NCBI GenBank assembly: GCA_034530615.2
Contig: JAVRCV020000025.1
Location: 96,001-160,000 of the forward strand
Origin: Aulosira sp. ZfuVER01
GTDB taxonomy: Bacteria > Cyanobacteriota > Cyanobacteriia > Cyanobacteriales > Nostocaceae
Length of the DNA: 64,000 bases
Direction of reading: 5' to 3'
Within the stretch, counting starts at the first letter, position 1; each line of letters begins with the position of its first letter. The translations under genes were made by a program, and so were the position numbers. Below the pieces are notes generated by a model. It was not told the origin of the DNA. It made no database searches and saw only the letters and a program-made list of their open reading frames with translations. Below are positions 60,163 through 64,000 of this stretch, piece after piece.

Positions 60163-62007
60163 GTGTCAGACTCTCTACCTTTGCGCGATCGCTACCTTGC
60201 TTTAATCGATGAAATTGTGGACACCACCCTCAAGGGCAAGATTAGCTCTGTAGAGCAGGTGTATCAAATGTTGCTCAAAGGGGTGAATTCCGGCACAGGA
60301 GAAGTGTTTGAACTCGTTTTGAGCGATCGCCTCGATGCTATCCAAAATCAAGTGGATAGTGAAAAGGATGAACTCAAGAAAGCTAAGGCTACCCGCAGTT
60401 TAAGAGCCATCAAGACAATTCAGAGTCAATGGCAAAGGTGGCAAGAAAATAATAAAGCTACAGAAGCGATCGTCTCTGGTGTGAAAGAAATTACCACAGC
60501 CTCAGATGATGAACGTTTAGCAACATTTCTCCGATTTACCGACCCCAATCAAAAGTATCCCCTAAATTCGCAACAGCTACAGCAGTTGTCAAAATCTTTA
60601 CAGCAATTTGCTCAAGCAGATTCTGATTTACAGCAAATATCAGTAGGAATTAACCGGGGTTTGGCTGCTTGGCAGCGATTGCAAGACCATTTAGTTAGCT
60701 GGATGTACGAGCAAAATCAAGCACTGGGGTTTGGGGGTGTACCTGGTGAAAGCGGCCCTTGGGCAACTTGGGCAAAGCAAGTTAATAGTCAAGTACCCCA
60801 AGCATTACTGCGTACCTTGGCAATGGAGCAATCTGCCATTGAATTTGCCGCCCAGCAGCGCAGTATTACCCTAAGTGATTGGGTAGAAATGGCATTAATT
60901 CTGCAATACTTGCAAAGAGGTTTAGTCAACTGGTTTGACCAACAGGCTTATAATGTGCAAGCAGGTTCAAAGTTATCTATTTCCACATACTTAACCTTTG
61001 CAGTACTGTGGAGTCAGTTAGCAAGTGGTTTTCATAGCATTGCCGCAGTGTACAGCGAAGGCGCTGCGCAAATCATGCTCCAGATTCTCCGCAACTTTGC
61101 CTTGCGTCCCTATTTTCCGCTTTACGGTGGGATTTTCGCTTCGTTTTCTGGTAACTATTTGCGGGATACCTTAGATTATTTAGATGAACCGTTGCGGCAA
61201 GTCGAGGGAACCCAAGAAAAGGCTAGAATTCTGACAATTTTAGGCTATTCACAGCGTGCTTTAGGGCAATATGAACGTTCTAGAACCTTTCATCAACAAG
61301 CATTAGAGATAGCTAGGAATGCAGGCGATCGCCCTTGTGAAATTGCCAATCTCAACCACCTTAGCCGTACCTACGTCCAAGAACAAGATTATGTCGAGGC
61401 CATTAACCATAGTCAACGCGCCTTAATCCTCAGCCGTCAAGTAGGCGATCGCACAGGCGAAGCCAATGCCTTGATTAATTTAGGCTACAGCGAAGTGATG
61501 CACGCCCAAGAACTAGAACAACTAGAGCCAGAAACCTATGAAATGGCAATTAACTATCTGCAACAAGGCTTAAAGTTATCAGAACAATTAGGCGATATTC
61601 AAAGCAAAGCTTTGTGTTTTAGTAGCTTAGGAATTGCCTATTTAGTGATTGGGCAACCACAAGATGCAATAAAATATCTGGAAGAGGGTTTTAAAACAGC
61701 GCAGATTTCCGGGGATTTATATCTTCAAGGACGCAATTTAGCTTACCTAGCTGAAGCTTATTATCATTTACAAAACTCAGAAAAAGCGATTTACACTGGC
61801 AGCTTAGGTATGTATCTTCTGGAGCAAATTGCTTCCCGTGAATGGCGACAACCAGCAGGACTACTGACAATTTTACAAGGTCAAATAGGAACAGAAGCTT
61901 TCCAAAATTTCTTACAACAACATCGTTCTAAAATTATTGCCATTATCGGTGTAGATGGATACGACCACATTCCGCAGTTATTAGCAACATACAAAGGAGA
62001 TATGTAG
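60163..62007 (+). CDS. Tetratricopeptide repeat protein
   Basis: C-terminal TPR_12-type repeats (GDRxGEANALxNLG). Confidence 0.88.
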   Translation: MSDSLPLRDRYLALIDEIVDTTLKGKISSVEQVYQMLLKGVNSGTGEVFELVLSDRLDAIQNQVDSEKDELKKAKATRSLRAIKTIQSQWQRWQENNKATEAIVSGVKEITTASDDERLATFLRFTDPNQKYPLNSQQLQQLSKSLQQFAQADSDLQQISVGINRGLAAWQRLQDHLVSWMYEQNQALGFGGVPGESGPWATWAKQVNSQVPQALLRTLAMEQSAIEFAAQQRSITLSDWVEMALILQYLQRGLVNWFDQQAYNVQAGSKLSISTYLTFAVLWSQLASGFHSIAAVYSEGAAQIMLQILRNFALRPYFPLYGGIFASFSGNYLRDTLDYLDEPLRQVEGTQEKARILTILGYSQRALGQYERSRTFHQQALEIARNAGDRPCEIANLNHLSRTYVQEQDYVEAINHSQRALILSRQVGDRTGEANALINLGYSEVMHAQELEQLEPETYEMAINYLQQGLKLSEQLGDIQSKALCFSSLGIAYLVIGQPQDAIKYLEEGFKTAQISGDLYLQGRNLAYLAEAYYHLQNSEKAIYTGSLGMYLLEQIASREWRQPAGLLTILQGQIGTEAFQNFLQQHRSKIIAIIGVDGYDHIPQLLATYKGDM

Positions 62008-62351
62008 TCTCGATAGTTATTCAAGAAATTATCCTTTTTCTCTAAAATCTGGCTACACATAAATCTCCTTCGGGTACTCTTCGAGAAGCCGCTGTTTGAG
62101 CGTCTACGGAAGTTCGGACTCGACGAAAAGCTAAGTCACTGCAGGACGGGTCTCCCGGCATAAAAAAGCCAGCGCTGTGGGCGGGGAAATCCCGCCCGTT
62201 ACGATAATCGGTATGTCACAACCATTGATTGAATCGGCATAATTTGCCGAACATGATATCAAAAAGCACAAGCGACCAGCGATTGATAACAAATCATGGT
62301 CTTTCTCAAAATGTGCAATTTTAACGGTCATTTTGCTATTAGCTCAACATC

Positions 62352-64000
62352 TTACCTGCGAGTTGTAGCAAGAGATGTCCTTGGTACATCAGATTCTTCG
62401 TTGAAATAGTAGTAACTATGGCTTTCATATTGAGGAATAACTGCGTTTACCACTTGTCCTAAGACATTCTGACCAGATTTTTCTAAAATATCATAAGCCA
62501 TAGCGGCGTTAACAGAATCAACTACTCCAGGACGAACTACAAACAAAACACCATCAGCCATTTGTCCCAATGTAGCTGCATCAGCTGCAACGTTTAATGC
62601 AGGAGCATCAATAATCACAAAATCGTAGTTGGCTGCAAAATTCTGCATTAAGGAAGCCATGCGTTTTGAGTCAAGTAGGGATGCTGGTGAGGGAGGTACG
62701 ACTCCAGCAGTCAAAACATCCAAATTATCCATATTATCCATAACTTTGTTGGTGGCTGTCTTGATTTCAGCCTCTCCCACAATCACATTGCTGAGACCTT
62801 GACTATTAGTTAAGTCCCAAATTAGATGCTGAACTGGACGGTGCAAATCTCCATCTACGAGTAAGACTTTACGTTCCATCTGCGCCATTGCTAAAGCTAA
62901 ATTAGCAGCTATTGTTGACTTACCTTCTCCTGGAACAGAACTGGTAACAACAATCACCTTTAATTCTTTATCAGCACTCATGAACTTTAAGTTTGCCCGC
63001 AACATTCGATAAGCTTCACTAATTGGTGAGCGAGGCATATCTCTTACAACCAGCCTAGAACTATATAGTTCGCCCTCTTCTTGACTTAGAGAACTTAGTC
63101 TAGACTGATTAAACAAAGGAATTACACCCAAAAGAGTAAATCCTAGTAATTCCTTAGCCTCATCAACCGTCTTAATAGATTTATCCCTGAGTTCTAAAAT
63201 ATACATAGTTACTAAAGCAGCCAAAGTAGCTAGTAAGCCTGCACTTAGGTATGAAAACATAGGAGAAAAAAGAGGCTTGTCAGGAACTAGGGCTGCGGAA
63301 ACCAAACTGGCGTTACCTATGTTCTGATTTTCTGCTATTTGGCTCTCTTGTAGTTTTTGTAGCATTAGTAAATAGGTAGATTGGGATGCTTGAACTTTGC
63401 GTTCTAGCTGGCGCTGTTGTTGTTCCAATCTAGGAAGGGTTTGGAGCCGTTGTCTATAGTCTGCTTGTAATTTGGATAAGGTTGCAACTTGATTCATTAA
63501 ACCCAGACGGGTTGACTGTAATCTGACAAGGTCTCCGCTAAGTTGTTGTTGCAGTGCTCCAATCTGTAAATTGCCATTTACTAGTGGTTGATTTGTTCCT
63601 GCAACCTGTTGGATTCGTTGTTGTAGTATCTTTTTTAAGGCTGCTAACCTATCTTGTGAACTAATGATTTCTGGATGGTCATCTCGCAAAACAGTTCGCC
63701 TAGCTGCAAGTTGAGACTCTAGCTGTTGTATTTCTTTAAGAAGATCTTGAACCCCAGAAGATTGGCTAATAGAGGTCATCACTACTGCTCGTTGGGAATT
63801 CATACTCAATTGCTGGCGTAAATCCTCAGACTGAGCATTGATATTGGCAATTTGAGATTTAGAGCCATCAATTTGCTTTTGTAAGTCTGTAACGACTCCT
63901 ATTGCTTGAGTTGCTTCTTCCTGTAAAGAAACAACTTTGTTTCTATCTTTAAAGATTGCTAACTCAGCTTCTGCTTTCCTAACAATTGATTCAGCATTTG
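62352..64000 (-). CDS. GumC/Wzc polysaccharide export tyrosine autokinase (5' part outside the window)
   Basis: Coiled coil, TM, SEAYRMLR, SVPGEGKST Walker A, C-terminal Tyr cluster; frame open to the window edge. Confidence 0.92.
   Translation of the reverse strand, partial: NAESIVRKAEAELAIFKDRNKVVSLQEEATQAIGVVTDLQKQIDGSKSQIANINAQSEDLRQQLSMNSQRAVVMTSISQSSGVQDLLKEIQQLESQLAARRTVLRDDHPEIISSQDRLAALKKILQQRIQQVAGTNQPLVNGNLQIGALQQQLSGDLVRLQSTRLGLMNQVATLSKLQADYRQRLQTLPRLEQQQRQLERKVQASQSTYLLMLQKLQESQIAENQNIGNASLVSAALVPDKPLFSPMFSYLSAGLLATLAALVTMYILELRDKSIKTVDEAKELLGFTLLGVIPLFNQSRLSSLSQEEGELYSSRLVVRDMPRSPISEAYRMLRANLKFMSADKELKVIVVTSSVPGEGKSTIAANLALAMAQMERKVLLVDGDLHRPVQHLIWDLTNSQGLSNVIVGEAEIKTATNKVMDNMDNLDVLTAGVVPPSPASLLDSKRMASLMQNFAANYDFVIIDAPALNVAADAATLGQMADGVLFVVRPGVVDSVNAAMAYDILEKSGQNVLGQVVNAVIPQYESHSYYYFNEESDVPRTSLATTRR

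Noticed and set aside
62131..62331. 66-aa ORF
   Set aside because: It overlaps REP/MITE repeat sequence.
1..64000. CRISPR array, tRNA, rRNA, reverse transcriptase
   Set aside because: No regularly spaced repeat-spacer array, no tRNA with T/D-loop consensus and no YxDD RT ORF were recognised by eye; the repeats present are STRR, SDR or MITE types.

Overview
A 64-kb chromosomal window from a filamentous, probably heterocyst-forming (Nostocales-type) cyanobacterium. The assignment rests on frequent HIP1 GCGATCGC octamers, heptamer STRR repeats, SDR/MITE-type repeats and ndhP. Housekeeping genes (lysC, ispE, rsmA, mnmG, a clpC paralog, ndhP, nupC, yjbQ, nif3-like, and a wzc-like gene cut by the window end) are interspersed with many signalling genes. 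These are a Ser/Thr kinase-AAA-GAF-PAS-His kinase, a multi-PAS kinase, a MASE1 hybrid kinase pair, a hybrid receiver-PAS kinase and a TPR pseudokinase. The most interesting items are: (i) a Pepco-like gene coupled to a caspase-TM-FGE-sulfatase gene whose 3' end looks like a DGR variable region; (ii) a XisA/XisC-like tyrosine recombinase with no interrupted host gene, near a plasmid-type parA/RHH pair preceded by centromere-like octamer repeats; (iii) a multi-stem (four-way junction) RNA candidate between ndhP and a beta-CASP nuclease gene; (iv) an IS982 shell whose transposase interior is replaced by a passenger gene and which carries a nested MITE; (v) a LexA box in front of an unknown gene; (vi) a candidate sRNA. 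No tRNA, rRNA, CRISPR array or reverse transcriptase was seen. All family assignments come from motif recognition by eye, not from database searches.
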